From NCBI GenBank assembly GCA_965153285.1, contig OZ229112.1: 64,000 nucleotides of DNA; one strand, 5' to 3'. Origin of the DNA: Podarcis tiliguerta (Eukaryota). The translations under genes and the position numbers were made by a program. The notes under the pieces were generated by a model. The model did no database searches. It was not told the DNA's origin and saw nothing but the letters and a program-made list of their open reading frames with translations. The first letter of the stretch is position 1. Each line of letters begins with the position of its first letter. This document shows positions 12,142-26,636 of this stretch, one piece after another.

Positions 12142-13999
12142 CAAGGTTTCCTGTCATTCATAACAGGGCTGGGAGCACTCTAGTGTAGAAGAGTTGCTCA
12201 GCAGCAACTGAGCACTTAACAGGGCCTGTGAGATGGCAAGGGAGGCCAGGAGGAATCCCAGGGCTTGGTGTCCTCAGAACCACATCTGATGCTTCCCGAA
12301 AAAGCCACTTAGTGAGAATTTTGCATGGCTCTTCCTTGACATGGAGACTTTGAGGAGGCGTGAAGCTTCTCTGAGGCTTTGGGAGAACAGAGGAGAGGGA
12401 AAGTCTCTGCGGTTTTATTTTTCTCAGAGTGTGCTGCTTGAAGAGCTGCAAGACACAACCTTCCTCAGCTACTTCGGCATTATTAAGCCATTCCAGGGAG
12501 GTGCCGTTCCATTATTGGACAAGCAGTCCCTGGCTCCGGTCACCATATGGGCACCTGGAACTCAGCAGCTCTGGCAAATTACTCTCTTTCTGTCTCACCA
12601 GCACATGTTGTGCTTCTAAAATCTGGCTCGGTGCTGCGCAAGCCAACTGGGTACTGATTCAGTGTTATGCTGACTCTTGTCTAGTGGACTGATCACACGC
12701 TGGGCATGCATCCAATGTAAAATGACCTGTGGATTTGTGCCACTGCAGGCCAAGCTGGTGGTGAGGTGCCACCAGCAGCCCTGGAAATGGAAGACAAGTA
12801 TTCCTGGCTCATTTCCAGCCACGGCAGAGCCTCCTTGAAAGTGCCTTACCAGGAACTGAAGCAAATCCTCTCTCCCTCCTGCCACAATGCTTTCGTTAAG
12901 CCTGCTACTACTACTATTATTATTACTACTACACAACAGTACCGGAGCCAGCAGGAAGAATCAGGAGGTGTTAGGACCCCTTAAAATAAAATATAAAAAA
13001 GCTTAGGGTATTGTAACGAGAGGCCAACTGGCACACCGTGAAGATGGTTTTGCTGATCTTTGAAGTTATTTTGATTTCTGTGGTAGTCAAGGCAACCATT
13101 GTACAAAGCCTCAGCAGGAACGAGAAAACTACCCAAATGGAAATAAGAGAACCATGCAGAGTATCACCAGTTTGTTCAAAATGTCACCTATCTGCACATT
13201 TAGATCAACACACTGACTTAAGTTCAAAATATAATAATGCCACATCAGGAAGCTGGGGCAGGTGGCTCTCTAAACCTTTGTACAACTCTTGAGCGCTATA
13301 GGTTTTTCCTTCCCCCACCCTCTTCCTTTTCTCTCTGCTGCATTCTATTCGTCTTGGACGGTTTTAAAGAGTAAATTTAACACAATTCTTGAAATTATAT
13401 ATAAGGCAAAATAACACTGGCACACTGGCCATCATCCAAAGAGCCTTGTGATTTGTTCCACTGTCAATATGCACAGGGAATGTATAAGAAAGAGCCCTGT
13501 TGGATCAGGTCGAAACCCCATCTTGTGCAGCAACTTGTTTTCATACTGGTCATCTAGATGGAAAGCCCTCAAAGCAGGACATGGGCAGAACATGACTCTT
13601 CTTACCAGTGATTCCCAGCAACTGGTAGACAAAGGCAACTGGTAAGACAGTGACAATTCCGGCGACCCTCCACTGAATACAATGGTGACATTTTTATACA
13701 CCTCTGAACACTGTGTTGTGTGAACAAGGCCAATCACTTTCCAAGCATAGGTTTAGGGTAGTTCTGTACAACCTGTGGCTAGCTAAGCAAGCCTTTCCCA
13801 ACCTGGTGCTCGCCATACATTTTGGACTACAATTCTCAGCGGGCGCAATCCAAAACATACGGATGGCACCAGTTATGGGAAACCTGGGATAAGATGAATA
13901 CAACCCAGCACTGGCCATGAATGGAGCCTAGAGAATTGTAGTGTGGGGTGGGGGCTGGCAGGTCACAATACTTTTGACCTACGTTTGGTAGATTACAAG

Positions 14000-14352
14000 A
14001 TAAAGGTAAAGGGACCCTGACCATTAGGTCCAGTCGCGGACGACTCTGGGGTTGCGGCGCTCATCTTGCTTTTATTGGCTGAGGGAGCCGGCATACAGCT
14101 TCCGGGTCATGTGGCCAGCATGACTAAGCCGCTTCTGGCGAACCAGAGCAGTGCACGGAAACACCGTTTACCTTCCCGCCGGAGCGGTACCTATTTATCT
14201 ACTTGCACTTTGATGTGCTTTCAAACTGCTAAATGGGCAGGAGCTGGGACCGAGCAATGGGAGCTCACCCCGTTGCGGGGATTCGAACCGCCGACCTCCT
14301 GATCGGCAAGTCCTAGGCTCTGTGGTTTAACCCGCAGCGCCACCCGTGTCCC
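14000..14352 (-). mobile_element. Sauria-type SINE (Squam1-like), full length
   Basis: Reverse complement of gggacacgggtggcgctgcgggttaaaccacagagcctaggacttgccgatc...ggttcgaatcccc..., with a (ACCTTT)n tail. Imperfect TSD agattacaag / aggttacaag. Confidence 0.92.
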
Positions 14353-16528
14353 AGGTTACAAGGTGTGTAGGCCTAATTTTAGAGTGAACGTGCACAAGCT
14401 TTGTTTCTGAATGCAGTCAATATCTTTTTGAGTTGATGGAATACGTCCTAGGAATTCAGTGCAGAAACTTTGGCATATTCTCTTGAGGCTAAAGACACGT
14501 CCTTCTATAAACTTATTCCATGCAACCCTAACTCAATGTCTTATACACAGGGACAGCATTGTCAGGCACTTTTCAAAGGCCCACATACCTACAAGACACC
14601 TGCAGATGATCTCTGGAGCTTCCTGGCTCTCCTCTTCCTTGCTGAAACTGCCCCCTTCAAGTATATACAGGCAATGGCAAGAGTGAGGAGGTGAAACAGT
14701 ACCCTCCACCTGCCATGTGGTATGCCTTGGGGCAACTGTGCAGACTGGGCCCAAAGGGAAAGAGAACGCGAATAGTGCAGTGCTTACTAACAGTGAGGAG
14801 GGAGCAGATCAAGTCAGATACAGGGGTCCCATTTTGGGTCTCTTGGGCAAGGGCCTCTCAAAATTTGGGGGTGGCATTGCTTACACACAACCTGGCAATT
14901 CCCCTACAAACGGTACGCATTTCTGCAAGGAAAGGCCATGTACTCATTTAGCACAGTTATGCTAAATGAGAAAGGAAAGGAAAGCATCTTCTGTTTCAAA
15001 TAATTTGTGCTACATTGTTCATAGTAAAGAAATATTAACCCTGGAAGTTCACAATGTACTTGGCAAATCCCTAATTAAAAAGAAAAGCAAAAAGGAGCCC
15101 TCCTCCCTCACACTTTGAATAGTTCTATGTCACTGCCACAAAAGTTGTCAGAGGCGTTACAAAGCACTTAGCAAAGGCACCAGTGTGAATTTCGGTAGTT
15201 TACTACTTTTCGCAGTTGCTGACACAGTACAAATGGAATTAAGGTGCCAGTACCCAACCAATTAAACTTAGATGATAAGCCAAGGGGTGCTGGTCTTTCA
15301 TACTGTAACAACAGGGATCAATTGTTCTCATTAGCCAAGGAGGACCGAAGGAGAAGCTTAAGTTACAGGGGAGAAAATTAGGTTAAATATGAGAGGGGAG
15401 GGGTGCAGATTTCTAGGCACAGAGCTGCCACGACATATTGCAAAATTGTCCTTATTCTATCCTTGACATTAGCACTCTCAATGGCAGCTTGGGAAGAATG
15501 AAATCAGACAAGATGAAGGATGATTGAGATGATAACAGGTCCAAAGGGAAATTTAGTGCACTAACTAATTAAGCAGCCTTCAAGTACATATGGGTGGTGG
15601 CCACCTAAGTCTCTCATGCTTAGATCCTTAAAAAGTACTCCGCTGCCACAAGCTCAATTAAGTAAATGAGCTTTATAGTGAAGGGATGCTGGTTTCACAA
15701 TCCAAATGCCTCATTTTGAAGATTTTTGAATTAAAGAAATTTTGCTACTTGTAACTTGGGAATACTGTTGAAACCACATGATTTCCATTAAAAAAAACAA
15801 AACAGAATGGAAAGAATGGTGGGTGGGGGAGGGGGAAATTAGGTTGGTGAATGCTATTCAATTAAAATATATTACTCTTTAAAAACAACAACCGAAACCT
15901 CTGGAATGTGTTATTCATAGGAAAACAAACTGCAACTCTCAACATCCTTTGATTTTCTGCAATGCTTAATTCTAGTCCCACTAATCAATGTTATCTCTTA
16001 AATTAGATTTTACACATTTGCTTGTACTCTTCTTTATGTTAAATTAGCTCTAATTTTCCAGTTCTTACTTTGCCTTTATGATAAAAGACATCTTAAAAAA
16101 AATAATACTGCAGCAAATGTGTTTAAAATAGAATCTCCTTTGTTATTCCACCCCACCCCCCTTATCCTTTTAGCTTTACTTGTATTAGCCATTTTATTCC
16201 ATCAATACAGAACAACTTTGACAGACTAACTGAACGAATGCCAAAAAAAAATTAATTTCTCAAGCACAATGATTAAACAAAGAACAAGGCAACTTTAACC
16301 ATCCTTTCTTTCTCAGCAACCAATCTTCCCCTGCTTGCATCACTGGGGATATGGAGTGTTCCCAACTGTCTGCGTACAAGAGGGTCTTCTGTTGGGCTTT
16401 GGGGTAGGTCACTAGCAAGGGACTCCCATAATTTACTCTCCTTTGTGAAGACCTATAATGTTGATGTAATTATAGACAATTATGCAGCCGAATCCTATAC
16501 ATGTTTGCTCAGAAGTAAGCCCCACTAT

Positions 16529-16882
16529 AGGGACGCGGGTGGCACTGTGGGTTAAACCACAGAGCCTAGGACTTGCCAATCAGAAGGTCGGTGGTCCGAA
16601 TCCCTGCGATGGGGTGAGCTCCCGTTGCTCTGCCCCTGCTCCTGCCAACCTAGCAGTTCGAAAGCACATCAAAGTGCAAGTAGATAAATAGGTACTGGTC
16701 CGGCGGGAAGGTAAATGGCGTTTCCATGCGCTGCTCTGGTTCGCCAGAAGCGGCTTAGTCATGCTGGCCACATAACCCGGAAGCTGTATGCTGGCTCCCT
16801 CGGCCAATAAAGCGAGATGAACGCCGCAACCCCAGACGCAGCCACGACTGGACCTAATGGTCAGGGGTCCCTTTACCTTTAC
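16529..16882 (+). mobile_element. Sauria-type SINE, full length, with 10-bp TSD
   Basis: gggacgcgggtggcactgtgggttaaaccacagagcctagg...ggtcaggggtccctttaccttta. TSD gccccactat at 16519-16528 and 16883-16892. Confidence 0.93.
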
Positions 16883-19257
16883 GCCCCACTATGTTGATTA
16901 CTTTTATTTTTTGGTACGTACATCCCATCTTTCTCCTGGCGGGGAACCCTAAGAGGCATATATGTGATTCCCCTTCCAGCACTGACCAGACCCAGAATTG
17001 CTTTGCTTCAGCAAGATGTGGCCTCAGGTGTCTTCAGACCACACTCTGCAGTTCACTCCCAAGTACATGTGCATAGGATTGCGGCCATATTGCTTTAAAT
17101 TCACACGTTATAAGAAAAACAAAAGCATTTTGTGACCTGGATATAATTCTCCCCCATGTGAGGTTCACTATCCACATGTGAAGGAATCTATAAAGCCATG
17201 TTTATCCCCCTGGCACCTCATGCGCACAGAGAAGCGGACCACCAGGACATTCTTGGAGATACTGGGTTTTGTTTGCCTCTCACTGGTGTTCCTTCTCAAG
17301 ATTTGGATCTTGAGTAACTTTGGCAGTGCAGAGAGGGAGGTCTGGACAGTGATGTGGGAGGTCCACATAGATCACCCGGCCCCTGGAATGTTCAGGCGCA
17401 CAACTTCCATGTGTACCCACTGAAGCAGAGCAGAGGAAGAGAAGCAGCAGACTCGTGAATGCACTCAGGCACTGTCCCCTCATGCAGAGAAGAAAAATGT
17501 CCACAGTCCTACATTTTATCTCCTGGTTGCCTCAATACCTCAGTGTACTGGGCAGCTTGCCGTTTGGAAACCCAGATTCTCCCAGGTGGTTATAAGCAAT
17601 TATGCAAAATAAGAATTCACACAAATGCTTGGTTTGAGCTCATAAATCAACCAAACTCCTTAAAAAAAGAGAAAAAGACACAAACTGAGTTCAGCAGAAG
17701 TGGTAACAGTTGGAGATAACACCACCTCCACTTGTTTAGGGCTCCGTTGTAACTGCAAAATCAGGCATAGCTGAACAGCAAGACAGAAAGGAAGGGTAGG
17801 GATTCGCAGGTTGTAAGCAGGAAAACGACGACGACAGATGGAAGGTTGGATCAAACTTTCAAGAACCATTCGGAATGTGCTTCAATCTTAAATTTATGGG
17901 CATTCATTTTTGCTCTAACAGTATATCTATCATATCTGGGATAAAAGCTTCAGATACAATGGAAGGCAAGGACCACATTCAGACACTAGTTAATACCTGT
18001 CGAAGTACTCTTTGTTTCCTCATTAGCAGATCTGGATGAGCTATTACAAACCTGAAAGGGCACTCCACTTGGGGTTTTTATCAGTGTGCTGGCTGAGGAG
18101 CCAAAACATTTGAAATGGCCCGGGAATATAAACACAAAACATTTCTCAAATTTGAAGATGTCTGGGGCCTGGCCAGCTCTTATGCTGAATTATGATGCAA
18201 TTCTCTCTGCTAATAAGCATCTTGGGTTGTCATACACAATGAAGAAGTGATGGAGTCTGGGCACTGACAGATGATTTCAAACCTGACTGGATCATTATGA
18301 CAGCCTCAACAAGCTACATTCCCAGAAGGCTAAGGATGGCCTCTCGTCCTTTTTAAAAACAAGGATTTAATATTTCAGAGTGCAGTAGCCAATCCTGCAG
18401 AGAAGGCTTGAAATAGAAATGCAGTTTTCCCCCTAGTTTTTTTTTTAAAAATGTTTTAATTAAATTTGACTCCAGAATAGGTAACCTCCAAATAGAGAGA
18501 ATTATATGGAGGGGTTTGAATCAGGCTAGGAAACCAATCTCGTTTGGTTCCTAATCAACAAAATGTTTATTCTAAACGCCATTTAGCATCTAATGGCTTT
18601 GGTTCACTCTTTCTCATCTAATTACCAGCCACAAACATCATCCTGAAGATAGTTGGTGTCTTTTTCGTTGCTGTGTCTAAGAATTTAATCCAGAGGAATC
18701 TATTCTTGTTACTAGGGGAGAGCAGCACCAAGAAAAATAAAAAATAAATAAAAAATCATTCCCTACTAATATGCCATATTTATTCAAAATAAAACCAATG
18801 TTTTTGTTTGTTCCTAGTGGCAAAATGCCCAGTAAAACTGATACAAATGCAATTCAGCAACCCAGCTCAACGGTGCTGGCATGAGTCACATGCTTCCATT
18901 TTACCGCTGATGGTACTTTGATACTTGAGTGACTCTTATTGCTTCGTTTATTGAAGGCAATAGATAGATTGGTAATAACAGCTGGCAAATGCAAAGGGGG
19001 GGGGGAGCTCTGTAGTTAGCTCTGCCGCTGAAACGGATGCTAACTTTCTTGAGCTCAAAATCACTGTATCCTCTTTCCTGATTACTTGTTTTCTGAAGTG
19101 GAGAAGAGAACTGAAATTAATAATTAGACCTATTGAGAAAGATTTCAGCTAAGAAAGGGCAATCCTGATATAGCAGGGGTTCTACAATTTGGGCTGGCTT
19201 TGAGAGCCACACCAAAAGTCATGGCTGACATGTTGCCGTGCTCACCTCACCCAACAG

Positions 19258-19393
19258 CAGGGTTTCCCAAATTTGGATCTCCATGTGTTGTTGGACTACA
19301 ACTCCCATCATCCCTAGTTAGCAGGCCCGGTGGTCAGGGATGATGGGAACTGTAATCCAAAAACAACTGGAGACCCAAGTTTGGGAAACCCTG
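19258..19393. mobile_element. Palindromic hAT MITE (URR1-like)
   Basis: cagggtttcccaaa...ggactacaactcccatcatccct / agggatgatgggaactgtaatcc...tttgggaaaccctg, an almost complete fold-back. Confidence 0.85.
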
Positions 19394-22318
19394 GTTTACA
19401 AAGAAGAGCTTAACTGTCCACCATGTGGAATTAACTTTACACTTTTCACTTTAAAAATCCAACCTAGGGGGCAGTGAGAGGGATTTTTTATCTCCCAATC
19501 TCAGCACTGTGGTCCTTTGTGCTGAAATCAGAGATAAAATATCCCCTCCCCCCACTGCTCTTTAGAGATCCTATCTAAAAGACAGCCAGAGGGGTCTTTT
19601 ATCTCCTGTGGGGCCAGGGAATAAAATACTAAGTCTGTCCTTGAGCTCTATGGAACAGAGCACTATCTCTCAGTCAGATCTTGAGGTAAAGCTGTGTGGG
19701 TTGGCAGGCCACATTCAGCCCAGACTAAACAAAATAAAGCACTTCTCTAATTTTAAAACAGAAACGGGTATTGCTGAAAAGTGCTGTCAGTGAACATTTC
19801 CGAACATGAGCCAAAGGAGTAAATTTACACCAGTTATTACCAAAATGAAATGCACATTAACATTCATGGTAATACATAGATAATTTCAGTGGATTATAAT
19901 GTTGTCACAGGATAATGGTCTCCTACCGCCGGATAAATCCTGAGGAGATTTTGCTTTCAAAGCAAAAGACATTTAGCCTCTGACAAAATACTTAATCCAT
20001 TAATTAATTTTTACTATACCAAGTGATTAGTCGAACACATAAAGAGGCTGATGGATGGCGTTGCGGTGAAATCACACTGACTGACTGGGCCTTTTATGAC
20101 AGGTTGCATTTTGTCTGCCTAGGGAGGCCCCCTCTGCTCCTTCATTGCTATTGGCAATGTTAAGTCTGGGACCTTATTGGTAGAGCAGTTCAGGTGGGGA
20201 GAAGTTACCACTCAGTGGCAAAGCACATAGGTTGCAGATGGAAGGCCTCAGGTTCAGTCTTTGACCGCTCCAGTTAAAAAGATCTGGCAGGAGATGATGG
20301 GAAAGACCAACTTCCTGAGATCCCCATCTCACCCTTTGAGGAGTTAAGGTCAGGTGCCAACTTGCGCTCTGACCTCAAATATTTGCGCTGCCAGTTCTTC
20401 CTACATCACATGTGTATCATCTGCGCTACCCTAGAACAACATCATAGCTTGAGCTGATGGCACAATGCTCAGTGCATCACATTATAACTGGAGTGGTGGT
20501 GCAATAAGACTTATGATTAGCATGTGAAATTTTTGTGCTAAGCCTTTTCAGCTGGCAAGAGAAATGAAAAGCAAGTGCTGCTGTTGGCCTCCGTCTGTCT
20601 CGAGAGACAATGGGGCACACCTCCAGGGGTGAAGTCAAACCGCTGGAGAATCACAGCGCCTGCTGTGGCTACAGAGACCGATAACTCGTAACTGCTGCCT
20701 CCCGCATTGTTTTCACTGCATTGGCAGCACAGTACTCCAAAACGGACTTATAAAGATAACTAGAAAGCACTCCTCTGAATTTGTTTCCTTAGCTGGACAA
20801 AGCACAAAAGCAAACAAGCACTGCATAAGAAGGTTCCTGGAACTAGGAAACCCCATTTGGTGTGTGATGCCCCCATCAGATGATTGGTTATCCTCCTGAT
20901 CATCTGGGAGTGGAAAGAGGGGAATAGGCAGATTGAACCTCCTATCGATTTCACCTAAAAGAGCATCAGTCCTGTCACAGATGACTAGGCAAGCACTAAC
21001 CAACCCTTAGTATGTTAACAGTCTCTTCCTTCAGTCTCCTCTGCCTCATATGGTGTCATTAGGTCTATCTTTTCTCACGCAGCCTGGCAGTATGGCATTA
21101 ACATCCAGATCATTACGGCTTGCCTTATTCCTTTGAACTGCACAAAATAGGGTTTAAATGGATGGGTTATTTGTCTCTCAGCTACGCCATTATATGACAG
21201 ATGATAAAAAGAGTGGTATTTTAAATGACGAACATGCGGTGTTTCTGTGTTTTGATATTGCAGACCTGGCGTATGCAGATGTTATTTATTCTCAGCTGTT
21301 GTGGGAACTGATTCATCATTATTAGCATGATTATAAACACACAAACAAAGGGAAGCTGGGCACAAGCAATGCTGCTGGAAAATATTTTGTTTGCCAAAAC
21401 AAAAAGCTGACACTTCATCAGTGCGGGTGTCAGTTAAACGCATAATGCATGAGAAGATGCGGAAGCTGGGGAAAACACACGCTGGATGATACAATATACA
21501 ACTCAGGAGGCAAACAGCTGATTATTCTGATGGCTGAACTGAACTGCTGTAGCTGATATTACTGGTAAAAAAAAATGAGAGCACATATAAAGACTTTCAT
21601 ATGGTTCTCCTGGGCTGGTAGGTCTGCCCCTGGTTCTTTTTGCTGTTGCACCAAGCCAAGCTATGGTTTGGCTCAGCATGTCATTTGAATTGGGACTTGT
21701 GGTTAAACTACCTCCTCACTAACTACAAGCTATAACCAATGATATTTATTTATTGTGATGTGCAAACTGGGGCATAGACCACTGACTATATATACAGATA
21801 TTTGCAAGGCTAAACAGCATGACAAATGCTGCATCTAGATTGGTCCTGAAAACTGAAGGTGTCTATGTGTTCTGCTACTAGCGTGATAATAAAACGATGT
21901 CTTCTCAGCACAGCTAACTTACCTAGTTGGTGACTGCATTTGCTATGAGAGAGGGGGTTAAAAAGCCCTAGTTAGAAAATTCAGGATAATCTAAAACTAA
22001 TCCCTTGAGACGATTTCACTGCCGGGAGCCTCATTTCAAAATATCAGCCCAAGAGGAGAAACCTGCATATCATATGCTTATAACTAATTCATCACCATTT
22101 TTTTTATTAAAAAAAAATCTGATGTAAATGTCGTAATGTTGAGATGGCGCTGATAAGAAAAAAGGTGAATTTTCACATTATGTGCTCTATGAAAATGATT
22201 GCTTCTTTCATCAGCTTAATTGTATAGCCCATAACCAATTCTTGGCTATTTATGGGACTCTTTGCACCCTGAGGCACAAGGATGACCTACAGAATTACAT
22301 GCTGTTTCCTCCATCTAT

Positions 22319-22508
22319 NNNNNNNNNNNNNNNNNNNNNNNNNNNNNNNNNNNNNNNNNNNNNNNNNNNNNNNNNNNNNNNNNNNNNNNNNNNNNNNNNN
22401 NNNNNNNNNNNNNNNNNNNNNNNNNNNNNNNNNNNNNNNNNNNNNNNNNNNNNNNNNNNNNNNNNNNNNNNNNNNNNNNNNNNNNNNNNNNNNNNNNNNN
22501 NNNNNNNN
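22319..22508. other. Assembly gap (190 N), intronic
   Basis: Run of N. Confidence 0.99.
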
Positions 22509-22635
22509 GAAGATGAGAAAATCAATATATGAGAAGAGGGGGAAGTTGAAAAGGAAATAGAACATTGAAGATGTTAATAATAACACAGCTGCCTTCGTCT
22601 TATTAAATGAAGTGCTGCTTGACACCTTGAGAAAA

Positions 22636-22661
22636 GTGTGTGTGTGTGTGTGTGTGTGTGT
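22636..22661. repeat. (GT)n microsatellite
   Basis: Direct reading. Confidence 0.95.
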
Positions 22662-23880
22662 ACACATACACCCTGGAAGTACAGGTAACAATTCACTAAG
22701 CATTGCTTGTGGAGCCTTCAATCATTTCAACAAGAAGAAAACTGGCAGTGTGGCAAGAAGAGCTGCAGCCACCAGCACAGTGGGGACAGGACATCGATAA
22801 AGCAGCCTTCTCAGCCCGAAGCCCTCCAGATGTTGTTAGACTACAACTCCCAGTGGCCAGGGCTGATGTCAGTTGTAGTCAAACATATTTGGGAGGGCAG
22901 CAGGTTTGGTAAGTCTGCCATAAAGTACATCCTTCATGAAGAGGAGGGGAACATAGCAAAATTGTGACATAGGAGGGGTTTAATATTAGTTTTTAAAAGT
23001 GTGGCAAGTGAGAAGTTAGATGTTGTTTTCAATAATCCCGATTAAGTGAGGTATATATTTTTGGACAGTGCCAGAGTCACCTGCTTTTACCTACCAATAA
23101 TTGCACACCCTGATATTGGACTGAGGATCCTTAGATGCCTACATAATAATGGAATGTATGGATTCTGTGGCCTCAGGTGACAATTATACACACATTTACC
23201 TAGAAGTAATACTTATCCCACTGGACTCAGTGATTAAAAAAAATAAATACAGAGAAAAAGTACCAGAGGGGCATTGGTACAATAAGGAATGACCAAAACA
23301 GCATTGTGCCCCACAAATCAAAAGGTAAGTAACAATAACAACAGGTAAGTACTCCCCCCTGCACCTCAAAATTTCACCAGGATATCTTGAAGAGACAGAA
23401 GTCTAGTATGTTCATTCTTGCTGAATATGTTCAGGATTTAACCACTGTCTTTATTATTTCCTGTTTCACAAGATTACCGGAACTTATCCAGACAATGGAT
23501 AACTATTTAACTATTAACTCATAATTGTGTAACCCCATTCAGCCAATTATTAGCCTCTTGCTTCCTCAGTAAAATATCATTAAATTAAATATCATTACCA
23601 AGGCACTGGCTAAAAGAGCAACAAAACAGTACTTTTATCTTAAAGGAAAAATGGCATGGAAAATGTATTCAAGCTAGTGCCTGTGTTCAGACATAATGCT
23701 AAACCAGGGGTGGCAAATGAGGAGCAATCTGATGTTGTTTAGCTCCAGTGTCCGTAATCCTTGCTATCTATTAGCTATGATGGCTGGGACTTATGGTCCC
23801 TACAACATCTGTAGGGCCACAGGGCAGACACCCCTGTATTAAATCATCATTTAGTGTTACACACAGCAAGACGTGGCTCC

Positions 23881-24356
23881 TTATTATGCTTTTATTAAAT
23901 TTGTTAGTTGCTTTATCTTGCCCAAGGCAACCCAAAACAATAATCGACACCCCCTTCCAGATACATTAAAACCGGGGGGGCGGGGCGGGGGGCGGGGAGA
24001 AAGCTACATTACAATCATCCCAAACACTTCTAAAATGCCACAGATAAAAGGCTAAAGGTCTGTTTATAATGACGGCAGCAGGTGGGCCTCCCTGGGGAGA
24101 GCATTCCGTAAATGGGAGCTAGCACAGAAAAGGCTTGTTCTTGTGTTGCCACCCTCCAGACCTCTTGTGGAGTGGGCACTTGAAGAACAGCTTCAGATTA
24201 TGATTGCAGGGCTTGGGCTGGTTCATATGGGAAGAGGTGGTCCTTGAGGTATTGCAGTTCTGAGCCGTTTAAAGATTCATAGGTCAAAACCAGCGCTTTG
24301 AATTGGACCCAGAAACTAATTGGTAGCCAGTGCAGTCAGACCAGGATTGGTGTTAT
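23881..24356 (-). mobile_element. L2-clade LINE 3' fragment
   Basis: The minus-strand translation ITPILV*LHWLPISFWVQFKALVLTYESLNGSELQYLKDHLFPYE carries the L2 C-terminal LHWLP..FK.L.LTY motif. Confidence 0.85.
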
Positions 24357-26112
24357 GTGTTACTCTTCCCCTGCCCAGTACAGCTGTGAGATGATCAGAA
24401 GATTGTTTCTGCTTTCAATTGATCACGTTTCAGGGATATGCTTCGTCTTAACTATGGCTTATTGAAAGAAGCCAGATTCATAAGCCAAGCAGCCCAGTGA
24501 TCCTCTGTGACACCTGAGCTTTTGTTAACATATAGTAACTAAGGGTTATAATTGAAGATCTGCAAAGTTAAATCAGATTCATGTTTCACAGCAAATCAAT
24601 GCAAAGTTTCCACTCCAATAATAGATTTCCTGCCTGGTTCCAGGGCTTTAGAGGCCCAAGGAACAAAGGGCACAATTGCTCTGAGGAATAAACCTGTCAT
24701 TGCTCCTTGAAACATGATTGGAATACCCACAATGCCTTAGGAGACTGCAGGCAAATCAACCTGCCCTGCCTCAACTGCTTTCAACCAGGGGAGCCTTGTC
24801 AGAACCGTGACTGCACAGAGAAAAGTGTAATAGAAAGAACAATAAATTCAGCCAGTTATAATGTCACAACTATTTAATATAAAAATATTGTCTTGACTCT
24901 CTCTGCATCCCCCAACGCCCCCCAACAGGAAGAGAAGTGAACTAAAGCAGTTTGGTTGCTGGATATATTTGTGGGGTTTCAATATTCATTCAGTTATATG
25001 ATTTTATTTATTTGCTTATACTGTCTTGACCACATGGACCTGAGATCTCACGTGACCAGGAAACCTACAGACAGAGTGCACTGGAAAGCAGGCAACATGT
25101 TGTATATGTAACACGTAGCAAGGTTAGCGTGATTTAAACACAAGAGCTCTGAGGTGTGGAACCTGCATTTCTTGCTTTACCGTCCAAAATAATTAGATAT
25201 ATAGAACAAAAAGACTCTCTTTCACGCACACATGCACTAGAAGACACCAAATTGGAGAGGGGCCACTATGTATAATGCAGAAACTGAGCCTCTAGTTAAC
25301 TAACCAACACCATGACAAATACAAACTCTGTTTTTATGCTCCATCTGTTGTGATTAATCTTTTATGGTATCATCTAAAAGTATGCAGAAGTGTCGCTTTC
25401 TGATGTTCTGCCTGAAGTACTTCATGCTAAGGGGTACATCTGTAGGATCAGTTGCCTCTGTCCCATTAACATTTATGTGAGTCTCTAGGCTCTCTCCCCC
25501 ATTATTTTTCTCTTACACTGTTCAGAAAACACTTTTCATTTGAAGATCACAGCAATATTTGATTTCATGTTACTCCCATTACAACCAGGCAGATCTCACA
25601 ATTTAAGAGCCCCAAGCAAGGCTTTGAAAACACAGCCCTAAATAACGCCACTCCTACCCTGGTTCTGGAAACCCCGAAGTCCTTCTTCTACATCTCATTT
25701 CTTGAGAGAGATGTCTGAAAGCGATGAGAAAGCAACTGTTTCGCCAGCATCCAAGCAGGCAGCTACTGAATATCAACCCAGGAGGCCAAATCCTGTACTA
25801 CGCTTGGGCTGTTTCCGAGTTGCTCCAGTGATGCAAAGCAGCCACAAACCAGGTGCTTAATCAGCCACTTAAAAGGGGTATGGTTTCTGTCCATCAGCAG
25901 AGTGCTGCAAAGGAACTGTTCAGCTGATGAGAGAGCACATCTTTCACTGCTTTGTTCCATGGACTGTGTGTTACTGCAATCAAACGTTATGCAAGAAAGT
26001 GGGGACCCACCTGTTTTTGAAGAGGACTTTGAATGACCTGTCTAAAAAAATTCCTCTTACGGGCAAATTTCATTGAAAAACCGGGCAAAGAAAGGTGGGG
26101 TGAATAACAGTA

Positions 26113-26338
26113 CAGTGGTACCTCAGGTTAAGTACTTAATTCGTTCCGGAGGTCCGTACTTAACCTGAAACTGTTCTTAACCTGAAGCACCACATTAGCT
26201 AATGGGGCCTACTGCTGCTGCCGCACCGCCGAAGCACGATTTCTGTTCTCGTCCTGAAGCAAAGTTCTTAACCTGAAGCACTCTTTTTGGGTTAGCGGAG
26301 TCTGTAACCTGAAACGTATGTAACCTGAGGTACGACTG
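26113..26338. mobile_element. Tigger/pogo-like MITE
   Basis: TA|cagtggtacctcaggtta ... taacctgaggtacgactg|TA, with an internal repeated motif ttaacctga. Confidence 0.9.
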
Positions 26339-26438
26339 TATCTGCATGAAGCACAATGCTCTCTTCGTGACTACAAGCCACAATGGCCTTGCAATGTGGC
26401 CATCCACTGTTGCAAGTAGTATGCATTCTTCTCTTTCT

Positions 26439-26636
26439 GGGGAAGTATTGTAGCTCAGTGTAGAGCATCTGCACTGTCTGCAGAAAGGTCACTGGATGAA
26501 TCCCTGGTGTCTCCAGGTAGGGTTAGCAAAGATTCCCTGCCTGAAAACCCAGAGAGCTTTTGCCAGTCAATGCAGACAATACCGAGATAGATGGACCAAT
26601 GGTCAGACTCAGTCTAAGGCAGTTTCTTATGTTCCT
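26439..26636 (+). mobile_element. ~200-bp tRNA-derived squamate SINE (Squam2-like)
   Basis: A box tagctcagtg-tagagc, decayed B box, and 3' end gatggaccaatggtcagactcagtctaaggcagtttcttatgttcct. Related copies at ~40376-40550, ~1270-1340, ~20197-20320 and ~37630-37860. Confidence 0.75.

Noticed and set aside
22182-22721. ORFs spanning N runs (also 54151-54429)
   Set aside because: Open only because of gap characters.
26439-26520. tRNA genes at A/B-box-like motifs (also ~1275, ~4720-4790, ~20200, ~40380)
   Set aside because: No cloverleaf, and each continues into SINE body sequence.
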